Assembly (NCBI GenBank): GCA_030655775.1
Contig: JAUSPI010000213.1
Span: 263-64,262, forward strand
Length of the DNA stretch: 64,000 nucleotides
Direction: 5' to 3'
DNA from: Syntrophales bacterium
GTDB taxonomy: Bacteria > Desulfobacterota > Syntrophia > Syntrophales > JADFWA01
Shown here: positions 16,866 through 25,772 of the stretch, piece after piece
Layout of the letters: each line of letters starts with the position of its first letter
Numbering within the stretch: position 1 is the stretch's first letter
Program-made: the position numbers and the translations under genes
The notes under the pieces: generated by a model
What the model was told of the DNA's origin: nothing
Database searches by the model: none
The model's input: only the letters and a program-made list of their open reading frames with translations

Positions 16866-16909
16866 AAGACACCTCTTTTTTGTGTTTAAACTTCATCTGT
16901 CTTTAAGCC

Positions 16910-17211
16910 AAGACTTTTGAAAACAAAAAATATTCTGAGTCTCAAAAAACCATATTTTGAAGCTCCCCGCAACAAGCTGAGGGGAATCTCCGACTTCCAA
17001 GTAACTTAAATTCGCAAATGTGTTGCAAGTAGTTAACATTTCTCAATATCTGCCAGAAATAACGCATTTGTTAAAAACATAAGTTACTTCCAATTATAAT
17101 GCCGCAAAGTGGCATAGTGAGCTGTTAAGGAAAAATGTTTATTTTATTTGCTCGCTAACCCCGCCGCAAGCAGCGGGGAATGATGTGCTCGCTATTCAGT
17201 TCAAAGCTCTT
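16910..17211. mobile_element. MITE (GAGACCTTTG-type TIR) carrying a nested IS200/IS605-type hairpin element
   Basis: TIRs AAGACTTTTGAA / TTCAAAGCTCTT; 5-bp duplication AAGCC (16905-16909, 17212-17216); internal hairpins at about 16964-16988 and 17159-17179. Confidence 0.75.
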
Positions 17212-17421
17212 AAGCCGGCTATTGAGGATAAATTACCTTCTTTTCCCAACCCTGTCAATGGTTTTGATAGGCACATGCCGGTACAAGTATTGCCAGGTGA
17301 TGGAGCTTGTGATTTTACTTTACCAGTTTTTAAAACGGGTCTTTTTTCCAAACTTTTTTTATGGTATAGGGAAATACTTTGTAACAGAATTAAAAGAAAA
17401 TCAGGAGAGGAGAACAAGTAG

Positions 17422-18351
17422 ATGAGAAGAAAGGTTTCTGTTATCGGATCTGGTTTTGTCGGTACCATGGTTGCTCAGAGAATAGCAGAGAAGAATCTGG
17501 CAGATGTTGTCATTGTTGATATTATAGAAGGGCTTCCTCAGGGTAAGGCCCTTGATATCTCACAATCAGCATCGCTTGAAGGGATTGATGTTAAAATAAC
17601 AGGCACAAATGACTTTTCTGAGATAAAAAATTCTCGGATTATTGTGGTTACAGCAGGGCTTGCCCGAACACCCGGAATGACCCGCGAGGAACTGGCCGGA
17701 AAAAACGGAAATATCATAAAATCGGTAACGGAGCAGATAAAAGAACATGCTCCCGAATGCATTATTATTGTGGTTACAAATCCGCTTGATGTCATGACCC
17801 AGCTTGCCTGGAAGGTTTCAGGATTTCCTGCACGGAGGGTCGTTGGCATGGGGGGAATTCTCGACACGGCGAGATATAAGTTATTTCTGGCCGAGGAGCT
17901 GAATGTGTCAATAAGAGATATTCAGGCCCTTGTGCTGGGAGGTCATGGGGATGCAATGGTGCCGGTTGAAAAATATACAACACTAAACGGCATTCCAATC
18001 AGCGGGCTTATAAAACCCGAAAGGCTGCAGGCCATTATTGAAAGAACAAAAAACGGCGGGGCCGAGATCATCAAGCTCCTGAAAACTGGCAGTGCCTGGC
18101 ATGCCCCCTCTTCTTCCGTCATAGTGATGGTGGAAGCGATACTTATGGACAGCAAGAGAATGCTTCCCGCAGCGGTCTATCTCGAAGGTGAGTACGGTAT
18201 AGATGGTATTTATATTGGTGCCCCGATAACGTTGGGTGCAGCGGGTGTAGAGGAAATACATGAAATAGACCTTCCTGACGATGAATTGGCCGCCCTCAGC
18301 CTGTCAGCGGATGTTGTAAAGAAAACATTTGAAAGTTTGAATGTTCTATGA
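17422..18351 (+). CDS. mdh: Malate dehydrogenase (LDH-like, NAD-dependent)
   Basis: VIGSGFVG, TAGLARTPGMTR, VVTNPLD, LDTAR, LGGHGD. Confidence 0.95.
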   Translation: MRRKVSVIGSGFVGTMVAQRIAEKNLADVVIVDIIEGLPQGKALDISQSASLEGIDVKITGTNDFSEIKNSRIIVVTAGLARTPGMTREELAGKNGNIIKSVTEQIKEHAPECIIIVVTNPLDVMTQLAWKVSGFPARRVVGMGGILDTARYKLFLAEELNVSIRDIQALVLGGHGDAMVPVEKYTTLNGIPISGLIKPERLQAIIERTKNGGAEIIKLLKTGSAWHAPSSSVIVMVEAILMDSKRMLPAAVYLEGEYGIDGIYIGAPITLGAAGVEEIHEIDLPDDELAALSLSADVVKKTFESLNVL

Positions 18352-20882
18352 GCTCTAAACTGGATGAAGACATCTTTACCCTGGTTGAAAAACCGAGCAG
18401 GTATATCGGGGGAGAGGTAAATTCTGCGAAGAAAAATAAATCGGAGTGCAGACTGAGTTTTGCGCTTGCATTTCCGGATACCTATGAGGTGGGAATGTCT
18501 CACCTCGGTTTGCAGATACTCTATTCTATACTGAACAGCGTCCCGGAGATTTCTGCAGAGAGAGTTTACGCCCCCTGGCCGGACATGGAATTCCAGATGA
18601 GGAAAAACAATATCATGCTCTCCTCTCTTGAATCACGTGCTCCCTTGAAGAATTTCGATATCGTCGGATTTTCCCTTCAGTATGAACTGTCCTACACAAA
18701 CGTTCTGAACATGCTGGAGCTTGGGGGTATCCCGATATATGCCAGGGACAGGAAAAAGGAAACCCCTCTGGTCATTGCGGGAGGACCATGTACCTTTAAT
18801 CCCGCGCCGGTCACCGACTTTTTTGATGCCTTTGTCATCGGGGAGGGAGAAGAGGTGGTCATCGAAATCTCCCGCGCTGTGATTAAAGGTAAGAAAAGAA
18901 GGTACAGCAGGGAACAGCTTCTCGAGTCGATAGCCCAAATTAAAGGGGTTTACATCCCCGCCATACATACTAATGGGGAAAGAGTAAAAAAGAGGATTGT
19001 ACCCGATATTAACCAATGGCTAGTGCCCTTGAGACCGGTGGTTCCTTTAATGAATACGATTCACGACCGTGTTACCCTGGAGATAGCGAGGGGTTGTACC
19101 CGTGGCTGTCGATTCTGTCAGGCGGGGATGGTCTGGCGACCTGTCAGGGAGAGGACACCGGAAGTTCTGGGAAAGATGGCAGATGAGATGCTCTGTTCAA
19201 CAGGGCACAACGAATTATCACTCCTGTCGCTGAGCTCCGGCGATTATTCTATGATCGAATATCTCCTTCCCGAATTGATGAACCGTTATTATGATAAAAG
19301 AGTGGCTTTGGCTCTCCCGTCGATGAGGGTGGAGACCCTTACCCGGGAATTGATCGATGAGATAAAGCGGGTCAGAAAAACGAGCTTTACCTTAGCGCCG
19401 GAGGCAGGGACGCAGAGACTGCGAAACGTGATAAACAAGGGCAATACTGCAGAGAACCTTCTTACCACCACGAGAAATGTCTTTGGTGCGGGCTGGAGAT
19501 CAATGAAGTTGTATTTTATGCTGGGGCTTCCCGGTGAAAGGAAGGAAGACTTAAAGGGTATAGCTGACCTCGCATACCAGGTACTTCGAGAGGGGGAAAA
19601 CAGACGACAGGTTACAGTGAGCCTTTCCACTTTTGTACCAAAACCACACACACCGTTTCAGTGGTGCAGGCAGATAAGTCTGGAAGAGATACTGGAAAGG
19701 CAGGAGTTCCTTAAAAAGGCTATTCGGAACAGAAATATAAAGATAAAATGGCATGACGGACGGATGAGCCTCCTTGAGGGAGTCTTTTCGAGGGGAGACG
19801 AAAAGCTGGGGACCTTGTTGGAAAATGCCTTCCGCCTTGGATGCCGCTTCGACGGCTGGAGCGACCAGTTTAAGTTTGATCTGTGGGAAGAGGCCATGAG
19901 GGAGACAGGCATCAGAGTCGAGGATTACCTGCGGGAACGGCACATTACAGAGAGACTTCCCTGGGATCGAATAGACTGCGGTATAAGCAGGGATTTTTTG
20001 ACGAAAGAACTCCAGAAATCACTGGGAGAAGAATTGACGGCAGACTGCCGTTTCGGGGCATGCCATCAGTGCGGTATCTGTGACCATCATACAATAAGAA
20101 ACATTATAGCGAAGGACGATGCCGGCACCGTCGGAAAGCAAGAAGTAGGGCCGGCAAAAGAGAAATCCCCCAGGCAGCCAGAGAGATTGAGGATTAAATT
20201 TGCCAAGGAGGGAGTCTCCCGCCTTCTGTCCCATCTTGAGGTTTCCTCTGCGCTTAGCAGAGGAATAAAGAGAGGCGGCCTTTCCTTCATATATTCGAAA
20301 GGTTTTCATCCTCATCCAAAGATGTCCTTTACGTTTGCTACATCGGTAGGAATGGAAAGTCTGGGCGAGTATGTTGATATTCAGGTTGAAAGTCCGGGAG
20401 AAAATATTAAAAATGTCGTTCAAAATATAAATTCCTTCCTCCCTTCCGGGTTAAGAATTCTTAATGTCAGAGAAATACCGCCGGATACCGATTCATTGTC
20501 CAAGGTTATAAAGGGGTTCAAATATGAGGTTGTTCTTCCCGAGAAAATCCCTTTGGAAAAGGGGAGATTGTTAGATGAAAAGATAGAAACCTTCTTTAAG
20601 TCGGATGAGTTTATTATATTACGGGAAAAGAAAAGAAAGCAGACGAGAAGAAACATACGTCCCATAGTCAACACACTTTTTTTCGACAGGGAAGACAGCA
20701 GGATCAAAATGTCGCTGCTGTTCGGAAAAGACGGGGGAGTTAAACCATCTGAAATACTCGTAGAGGTTCTTGGCATGGGCAGCGATTTAGCAAAGATGGC
20801 ACGGACAATAAAGACTGACACCATCTTTCATGACAGTTCACAGGATATTTCCGAAAAACGGCATTTACAGGCAGCCGGTTAA
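18348..20882 (+). CDS. TIGR03960-type radical SAM protein fused to a TIGR03936/DUF2344-type C-terminal domain
   Basis: FPDTYEVGMSHLG, ARGCTRGCRFC (CxxxCxxC), C-terminal LSHLE...GFHPHPKMSF. Confidence 0.88.
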   Translation: MSSKLDEDIFTLVEKPSRYIGGEVNSAKKNKSECRLSFALAFPDTYEVGMSHLGLQILYSILNSVPEISAERVYAPWPDMEFQMRKNNIMLSSLESRAPLKNFDIVGFSLQYELSYTNVLNMLELGGIPIYARDRKKETPLVIAGGPCTFNPAPVTDFFDAFVIGEGEEVVIEISRAVIKGKKRRYSREQLLESIAQIKGVYIPAIHTNGERVKKRIVPDINQWLVPLRPVVPLMNTIHDRVTLEIARGCTRGCRFCQAGMVWRPVRERTPEVLGKMADEMLCSTGHNELSLLSLSSGDYSMIEYLLPELMNRYYDKRVALALPSMRVETLTRELIDEIKRVRKTSFTLAPEAGTQRLRNVINKGNTAENLLTTTRNVFGAGWRSMKLYFMLGLPGERKEDLKGIADLAYQVLREGENRRQVTVSLSTFVPKPHTPFQWCRQISLEEILERQEFLKKAIRNRNIKIKWHDGRMSLLEGVFSRGDEKLGTLLENAFRLGCRFDGWSDQFKFDLWEEAMRETGIRVEDYLRERHITERLPWDRIDCGISRDFLTKELQKSLGEELTADCRFGACHQCGICDHHTIRNIIAKDDAGTVGKQEVGPAKEKSPRQPERLRIKFAKEGVSRLLSHLEVSSALSRGIKRGGLSFIYSKGFHPHPKMSFTFATSVGMESLGEYVDIQVESPGENIKNVVQNINSFLPSGLRILNVREIPPDTDSLSKVIKGFKYEVVLPEKIPLEKGRLLDEKIETFFKSDEFIILREKKRKQTRRNIRPIVNTLFFDREDSRIKMSLLFGKDGGVKPSEILVEVLGMGSDLAKMARTIKTDTIFHDSSQDISEKRHLQAAG

Positions 20883-21321
20883 TTGCGAAGTGCAACTGTA
20901 ATGGTCAGCATGTAGCTAAATCCCAACGACGCGCACTTCCCATTTTTTTTAGTTCAACTAATTCGGAATATATTACGAAATTATATGAATGTCAGGAAGG
21001 AAATATCGAAGAAGGTGACGATAAAATCGGCAAGAAGCCCAAAATTATGCTTGACAAATAACTGCTTGTGGGGAGATTATGCAAAATTGTACTGTATTTC
21101 CACAAGAACGAACAGAAACAGGCATGGTGTTTGAACACTTAAGTAATATTTAAGGGGGAAACCGTTTTTATAGCGTAAAGAAATCCCTGCAGTATATTTT
21201 CTTTTTGATCGTGGGTTCATTGTCACTTTTCTACAGTGATATATATTATGAGTCAGCAATCCTTTTTAAATCTTACTTATGATAACATTTCTTTTAAATT
21301 AATTCGAGAGACAAAAAAGTC

Positions 21322-21351
21322 TTGACAAATTGTATTTTATAATATTATCTT
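21322..21351 (+). promoter_or_regulatory. Sigma70-type promoter for the tRNA cluster
   Basis: TTGACA (21322-21327), 18 nt, TATCTT (21346-21351), about 40 nt before tRNA-Thr. Confidence 0.55.
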
Positions 21352-21389
21352 ACAAATTTCATGTTTGTTGGTCTGTCGTTTGGGAGATC

Positions 21390-21465
21390 GCTGGCGTAGC
21401 TCAACAGGTAGAGCAGCTGATTTGTAATCAGCAGGTCGCGGGTTCGAGTCCCATCGCCAGCTCCA
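21390..21465 (+). tRNA. tRNA-Thr(TGT)
   Basis: Cloverleaf; anticodon loop TTTGTAA; GGTTCGAGTCC T arm; CCA end. Confidence 0.97.
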
Positions 21466-21466
21466 G

Positions 21467-21551
21467 GGAGGGGTTCCCGAGCGGCCAAAGGGAGCAGACT
21501 GTAAATCTGCCGGCGGAGCCTACGGAGGTTCGAATCCTCCCCCCTCCACCA
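21467..21551 (+). tRNA. tRNA-Tyr(GTA)
   Basis: GGAGGGG/CCCCTCC acceptor, CTGTAAA loop, long variable arm, CCA. Confidence 0.97.
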
Positions 21552-21555
21552 TAAA

Positions 21556-21631
21556 GCGGGAGTAGCTCAGTGGCTAGAGCATCAGCCTTCCAAGCTGAGG
21601 GTCGCGGGTTCGAATCCCGTTTCCCGCTCCA
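21556..21631 (+). tRNA. tRNA-Gly(TCC)
   Basis: GCGGGAG acceptor, CTTCCAA loop, CCA. Confidence 0.97.
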
Positions 21632-21675
21632 TTTTATTTATAAAAATGATTGTCTGGTTTGTAGGGTAACAATTT

Positions 21676-21809
21676 GAGAGCTTTGCAAAACTGCAATTCT
21701 GGTCATTGCGAGGAGCTTTAGCGACGCGGCAATCTTATGAATTATCAATATGTTATGAGATTGCTTCGCTTCGCTCGCAATGACAATATTGGTATTATGC
21801 AAAGCTCTC
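21676..21809. mobile_element. MITE with GTCATTGCGAG-type palindromic cargo
   Basis: TIR GAGAGCTTTGCA / TGCAAAGCTCTC; duplication AATTT on both sides; internal GTCATTGCGAG (21702-21712) / CTCGCAATGAC (21774-21784). Confidence 0.85.
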
Positions 21810-21918
21810 AATTTGTGAGGGATGAGCAGGTATTCTGAAGGTTGGAGAATTTGTCTGATAGCCGATGCTGATCTGTACTTAGAGCTATTGTAAATTGCTT
21901 TTTAAATTTATTAATTTT

Positions 21919-21994
21919 GCCCACGTAGCTCAGTCGGTAGAGCACATCCTTGGTAAGGATGAGGTCACCAGTTCAATCCTGGTCGTGGGCTCCA
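21919..21994 (+). tRNA. tRNA-Thr(GGT)
   Basis: GCCCACG acceptor, CTTGGTAA loop region, CCA. Confidence 0.97.
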
Positions 21995-22016
21995 TTTTAG
22001 AGAGAGTTGGCTTGTA

Positions 22017-22166
22017 ATGAGAAATATAATTACGTTGGCTTGTACGGAATGCAAGCAAAGAAATTATACAACAACGAAGAACAAGAGAACGATGCAGGAT
22101 CGTCTTGAGTTAAAAAAATATTGTAAATTTTGCCGGGTCCACACTGTTCACAGGGAAACGAAGTAG
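22017..22166 (+). CDS. rpmG: 50S ribosomal protein L33 (zinc type)
   Basis: Own translation [49 protein letters not shown]; below the ORF-track length cutoff. Confidence 0.97.
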   Translation: MRNIITLACTECKQRNYTTTKNKRTMQDRLELKKYCKFCRVHTVHRETK

Positions 22167-22294
22167 TTAACATGGGTTGCATCTTAGCAGAGAAACCGTT
22201 GTGTAAATCTTTTTTCGCTTTACCTGAAATGTTTTTTAATGATTCTAAGGCTTGGACAACATCCTGTTTTAAGGTAAACCCCATATACGGGTAC

Positions 22295-22372
22295 GGGCCA
22301 GTAGCTCTAATTGGATAGAGCGCCGGACTCCAAATCCGGATGCTGGGGGTTCGAGTCCCTCCTGGCCTGCCA
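22295..22372 (+). tRNA. tRNA-Trp(CCA)
   Basis: CCGGA-CTCCAAA-TCCGG anticodon arm, CCA end; typical position before secE. Confidence 0.95.
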
Positions 22373-22410
22373 TTTTTATTGTTACTGAAATGAATTCAGA
22401 ATAAGTATCA

Positions 22411-22602
22411 ATGAATAGAATACAAAAAATAAGACAGTTTTTGAAAGAGGCAAAGGTTGAGCTTAAAAAGGTTGTATGGCCGACACCAAAGCAGGCTTTC
22501 GCCTCCACGTCTATCGTCGTTATCCTCACTTTCATTGTGTCTATCTTTCTCGGCATCGTGGATTTTGGGCTTACTAAAATATTGAAATTATTCATGGGTT
22601 AA
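22411..22602 (+). CDS. secE: Preprotein translocase subunit SecE
   Basis: FLKEAKVELKKVVWPT plus a single transmembrane helix. Confidence 0.96.
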   Translation: MNRIQKIRQFLKEAKVELKKVVWPTPKQAFASTSIVVILTFIVSIFLGIVDFGLTKILKLFMG

Positions 22603-22606
22603 ATAT

Positions 22607-23137
22607 ATGGCCTTTAAATGGTATGTCATTCACACATATTCGGGGTTTGAAAACAAGGTGAAGCTTTCCATGCAGGAGAGAATAGAAACTGCTGGTATGC
22701 AGAAGTATTTCTCTGATATTCTTGTGCCTGAAGAGGACGTCGTCGAACTGGTTAGCGGGAACAAAAAAACCTCCAAAAGGAAATTTTTCCCCTGTTATAT
22801 ACTTGTGAGAATGGAGATGAACGATGAAGCCTGGCATATAGTGAATAATACTCCTAAAGTTACAGGATTTGTCGGAAGTAAAGATAAGCCGACTCCGATA
22901 CCGGATGAAGATGTTGAATTACTGAAGACCAGGATAGATGAAGGAACCTTGAAACCGAAACCCAAATATGAGTTTGAAGTTGGAGATCAGGTCAGAATTA
23001 TAGACGGTCCATTTACGAACTTTGACGGGATGGTTGACGAGGTTAAACCAGAGAAGGGGAAATTAAGAGTTATTGTTAGTATTTTTGGTAGGTCAACGCC
23101 TGTGGAATTAGATTTCATACAGGTTGCCCAGAATTAA
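22607..23137 (+). CDS. nusG: Transcription termination/antitermination factor NusG
   Basis: KWYVIHTYSGFENKV, KOW motif FEVGDQVRIIDGPF. Confidence 0.98.
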   Translation: MAFKWYVIHTYSGFENKVKLSMQERIETAGMQKYFSDILVPEEDVVELVSGNKKTSKRKFFPCYILVRMEMNDEAWHIVNNTPKVTGFVGSKDKPTPIPDEDVELLKTRIDEGTLKPKPKYEFEVGDQVRIIDGPFTNFDGMVDEVKPEKGKLRVIVSIFGRSTPVELDFIQVAQN

Positions 23138-23139
23138 AG

Positions 23140-23226
23140 TGCCTAAAATGCCTAAAGTGAGCTAAAGTGCCTAAAGTTAAAAAATGTTGTCCATAACTTT
23201 AGTTCACTTTAGGCACTTTGCACTTC
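23140..23226. repeat. Inverted degenerate tandem-repeat array between nusG and rplK
   Basis: Repeated AAAGTGCCT-like units followed by inverted ACTTTAGGCACTTT units. Confidence 0.7.
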
Positions 23227-23250
23227 AAACTTGAAATTAGGGTGATCATA

Positions 23251-23676
23251 ATGGCAAAAAAGGTTATAGCAAGCATAAAACTTCAAATTCAGGCGGGGAA
23301 AGCTTCTCCGTCACCACCTATAGGGCCGGCCCTGGGTCAACATGGAGTAAATATTATGGAGTTCTGCAAGGCATATAATGCCATGACGCAGAACCAGGAA
23401 GGAATGGTTATACCCGCACTAATAACTGTATATGCTGATAGATCCTTTACATTCGTTACCAAAACGCCGCCGACTTCTGTTCTTCTCAAGCAGGCAGCCA
23501 AAATAGCGAAGGGGTCCGGAGATCCAAAAAGAGAAAAGGTAGGGACAGTAACAGCCAAACAGGTGAAGGAGATTGCCGAGTTAAAATATAATGACCTGAA
23601 TGCCCTGGATATGTCGGGAGCTGAAAAAATTGTGAAGGGAACGGCAAGATCAATGGGAATTGAAATTGCAGAATAG
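23251..23676 (+). CDS. rplK: 50S ribosomal protein L11
   Basis: MAKKV...[21 protein letters not shown]; start at 23251 (track start too early). Confidence 0.98.
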   Translation: MAKKVIASIKLQIQAGKASPSPPIGPALGQHGVNIMEFCKAYNAMTQNQEGMVIPALITVYADRSFTFVTKTPPTSVLLKQAAKIAKGSGDPKREKVGTVTAKQVKEIAELKYNDLNALDMSGAEKIVKGTARSMGIEIAE

Positions 23677-23692
23677 AAGAGGTTGAACGACA

Positions 23693-24397
23693 ATGCCTAA
23701 GGAAGGTAAAAGTTTTTTAAAAGCTAAAGAGAGGGTTGAATCTGGAAAGAAATATGTTCTGAAGGAAGCTTTGGAACTGCTTGTGAGCACCTCGAGGGTA
23801 AAGTTTGATGAAACTGTCGATGTAGCTATCAGGTTAGGTGTGAATCCAAGGCATGCCGATCAGATGGTTAGAGGAAGCGTGGTTCTTCCTAACGGCTTGG
23901 GGAAGTCTGTAAGAGTGTTGGTTTTTGCAAAGGGTGACAAAGAAAAGGAAGCTCTTGATGCAGGAGCTGATATTGTTGGCTCTGATGACATAATTGAAAA
24001 AATAAAAGGGGGTTGGTTTGAGTTTGACAGAGTTGTTGCTACACCTGATATGATGGGTAGTGTGGGAAAACTTGGGAAACTCCTAGGCCCGCGTGGGTTG
24101 ATGCCGAATCCGAAAGTTGGTACAGTAACCTTTGATGTAGGAACAGTTGTAAAAGAACTCAAGGCGGGCAAGATTGAGTTCAGAGTAGAAAAAGCAGGAA
24201 TTGTGCATAGTCCAGTAGGAAAGGTTTCTTTTGGGGTAGATAAATTATTGGAAAACATTTTAACATTAGCAGAAACTATCGTGAAACTGAAACCGGCATC
24301 GAGTAAGGGAACTTATCTGAAAAACATATCACTTTCTACCACTATGGGTCCAGGGATAAAGGTGGATCCCCTGAATGTCAGAAATCTTTTCATATGA
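23693..24397 (+). CDS. rplA: 50S ribosomal protein L1
   Basis: KFDETVD...[26 protein letters not shown]. Confidence 0.98.
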   Translation: MPKEGKSFLKAKERVESGKKYVLKEALELLVSTSRVKFDETVDVAIRLGVNPRHADQMVRGSVVLPNGLGKSVRVLVFAKGDKEKEALDAGADIVGSDDIIEKIKGGWFEFDRVVATPDMMGSVGKLGKLLGPRGLMPNPKVGTVTFDVGTVVKELKAGKIEFRVEKAGIVHSPVGKVSFGVDKLLENILTLAETIVKLKPASSKGTYLKNISLSTTMGPGIKVDPLNVRNLFI

Positions 24398-24481
24398 TTA
24401 TTAATACTCGGCTGTCAGCGAAGTGGAGAAACTTTGTTTCTGCCAAGAGCTTTCAGTTGGGTATTGATATCTGATAAATAA

Positions 24482-24537
24482 GTCAGAGACAGCGGGTACA
24501 GGATGTTTAAACGATTTGAATCGGCCTGCCGAGACGA
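24482..24537 (+). promoter_or_regulatory. Probable L10 leader (rplJ autoregulatory RNA)
   Basis: GTCAGAGACAGCGGGT...GGCCTGCCGAGACG resembles the L10-leader kink-turn consensus; lies in the rplA-rplJ gap. Confidence 0.55.
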
Positions 24538-24646
24538 TTGGTTAGTTCAATGTTTCTTCCTGTATGCATCTCTGATTTTCAAACTAAATCCTTACTTTAT
24601 AGTGAGGTTTTTTGGAATTCAGAATAAGAAAGGAGGCTAGAAATAG

Positions 24647-25159
24647 TTGGATCGAAAAACTAAAGAGCTGGTTGTTGCTGATCTTCATGATAAAATTAAA
24701 GATGTTAAACTGGCGGTTCTGGTGGATTATAGTGGTTTAAATGTTGAGCAGATTACCTCATTAAGAAATGAGCTGCGTAAATCCGCGACCGAGTTAAGGG
24801 TGTCAAAGAATACCCTTCTTGGAATCGCTTCTAAGGGTACCGATTTTAGTATTCTTGAAGAGTATTTCAAGGGGCCGCTCGCCATTGCCATGAGTTATGG
24901 AGATGAAATTGCGCCGACAAAAGCACTGGTTAATTTTGCCAAAGGGAAAAATACGCTGGAAATTAAGGCCGGGATGTTGGAGGGCAAGTTTTTAAGTAAG
25001 GAAGAGATAGGTGTTCTGGCTGCGCTTCCAAGCAGGGATGTTCTTGTTGGAAAGCTTCTCTCCATACTGGTAGCAACACAAGCTTTGCTGGTTAATGTGC
25101 TAAATGGTGTTCCGAGAAGCTTTGTTCAAGTTCTTGATGCTTATCGGGTAAAGAAATAA
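24647..25159 (+). CDS. rplJ: 50S ribosomal protein L10
   Basis: TTG start after AGGAGG; VDYSGLNV...LR..LR, KNTL, LPSRDVL. Confidence 0.96.
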   Translation: MDRKTKELVVADLHDKIKDVKLAVLVDYSGLNVEQITSLRNELRKSATELRVSKNTLLGIASKGTDFSILEEYFKGPLAIAMSYGDEIAPTKALVNFAKGKNTLEIKAGMLEGKFLSKEEIGVLAALPSRDVLVGKLLSILVATQALLVNVLNGVPRSFVQVLDAYRVKK

Positions 25160-25183
25160 AACATACAGGAAGGGATTAGAAAA

Positions 25184-25618
25184 ATGGCAGATGAAAAGGT
25201 AGAAAAAGAGAAGGTAACAAAAGAGAAAACAACAAAAGAGAAAACAACAAAAGAAGATGTTATAAAATTTATTGAAGATATGACAGTTCTTGAGTTGTCA
25301 CAACTCGTAAAGGAATTGGAAGAAAAGTTTGGTGTGTCCGCGGCTGCGCCAGTGTCTGTCGCTGCTGTGGCTCCAGGGTCAGAACAGGTAGTCCAGGAAG
25401 AAGAGAAGAGTGAATTTGATGTTATACTCTCCGGTTTTGGTGACCAGAAGATCCAGGTTATAAAGGTTGTCAGGGCCTTGACAGGTTTGGGATTGAAAGA
25501 AGCTAAAAATTTGGTAGATGGTGTGCCGAAGCCGGTTAAAGAGGCTGTTTCGAAGGATGAGGCTGATAATGTTAAGAAGAAACTGGAAGAGGTAGGAGCC
25601 AGCGTGGAGATTAAGTAA
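25184..25618 (+). CDS. rplL: 50S ribosomal protein L7/L12 with N-terminal repeat expansion
   Basis: [42 protein letters not shown]. Confidence 0.98.
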   Translation: MADEKVEKEKVTKEKTTKEKTTKEDVIKFIEDMTVLELSQLVKELEEKFGVSAAAPVSVAAVAPGSEQVVQEEEKSEFDVILSGFGDQKIQVIKVVRALTGLGLKEAKNLVDGVPKPVKEAVSKDEADNVKKKLEEVGASVEIK

Positions 25619-25622
25619 GTTA

Positions 25623-25755
25623 AAGCATTTAGCGTTCAGCAAGCAGCTGTCAGCTATGATGAAAAGCGATTATTCAGTTCAAGAGGAGTTTGAGGGGGAA
25701 TGTTTCGTATAATCCCTGTTATTGCTAAAAGCTGAAGACTGATAGCTAAATGCTT
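25623..25755. repeat. Inverted heptamer-repeat array between rplL and rpoB
   Basis: AAGCATTTAGC / GCTAAATGCTT inverted repeat with 7-nt periodic units (CGTTCAG CAAGCAG CTGTCAG; GCTAAAA GCTGAAG ACTGATA). Confidence 0.6.
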
Positions 25756-25772
25756 ACAGATGAAGGGGAATT

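Noticed and set aside
20883-21320. Long intergenic region before the tRNA cluster as an ncRNA or small gene
   Set aside because: AT-rich with promoter-like TTGACA boxes only; no convincing stem structure or coding signal.
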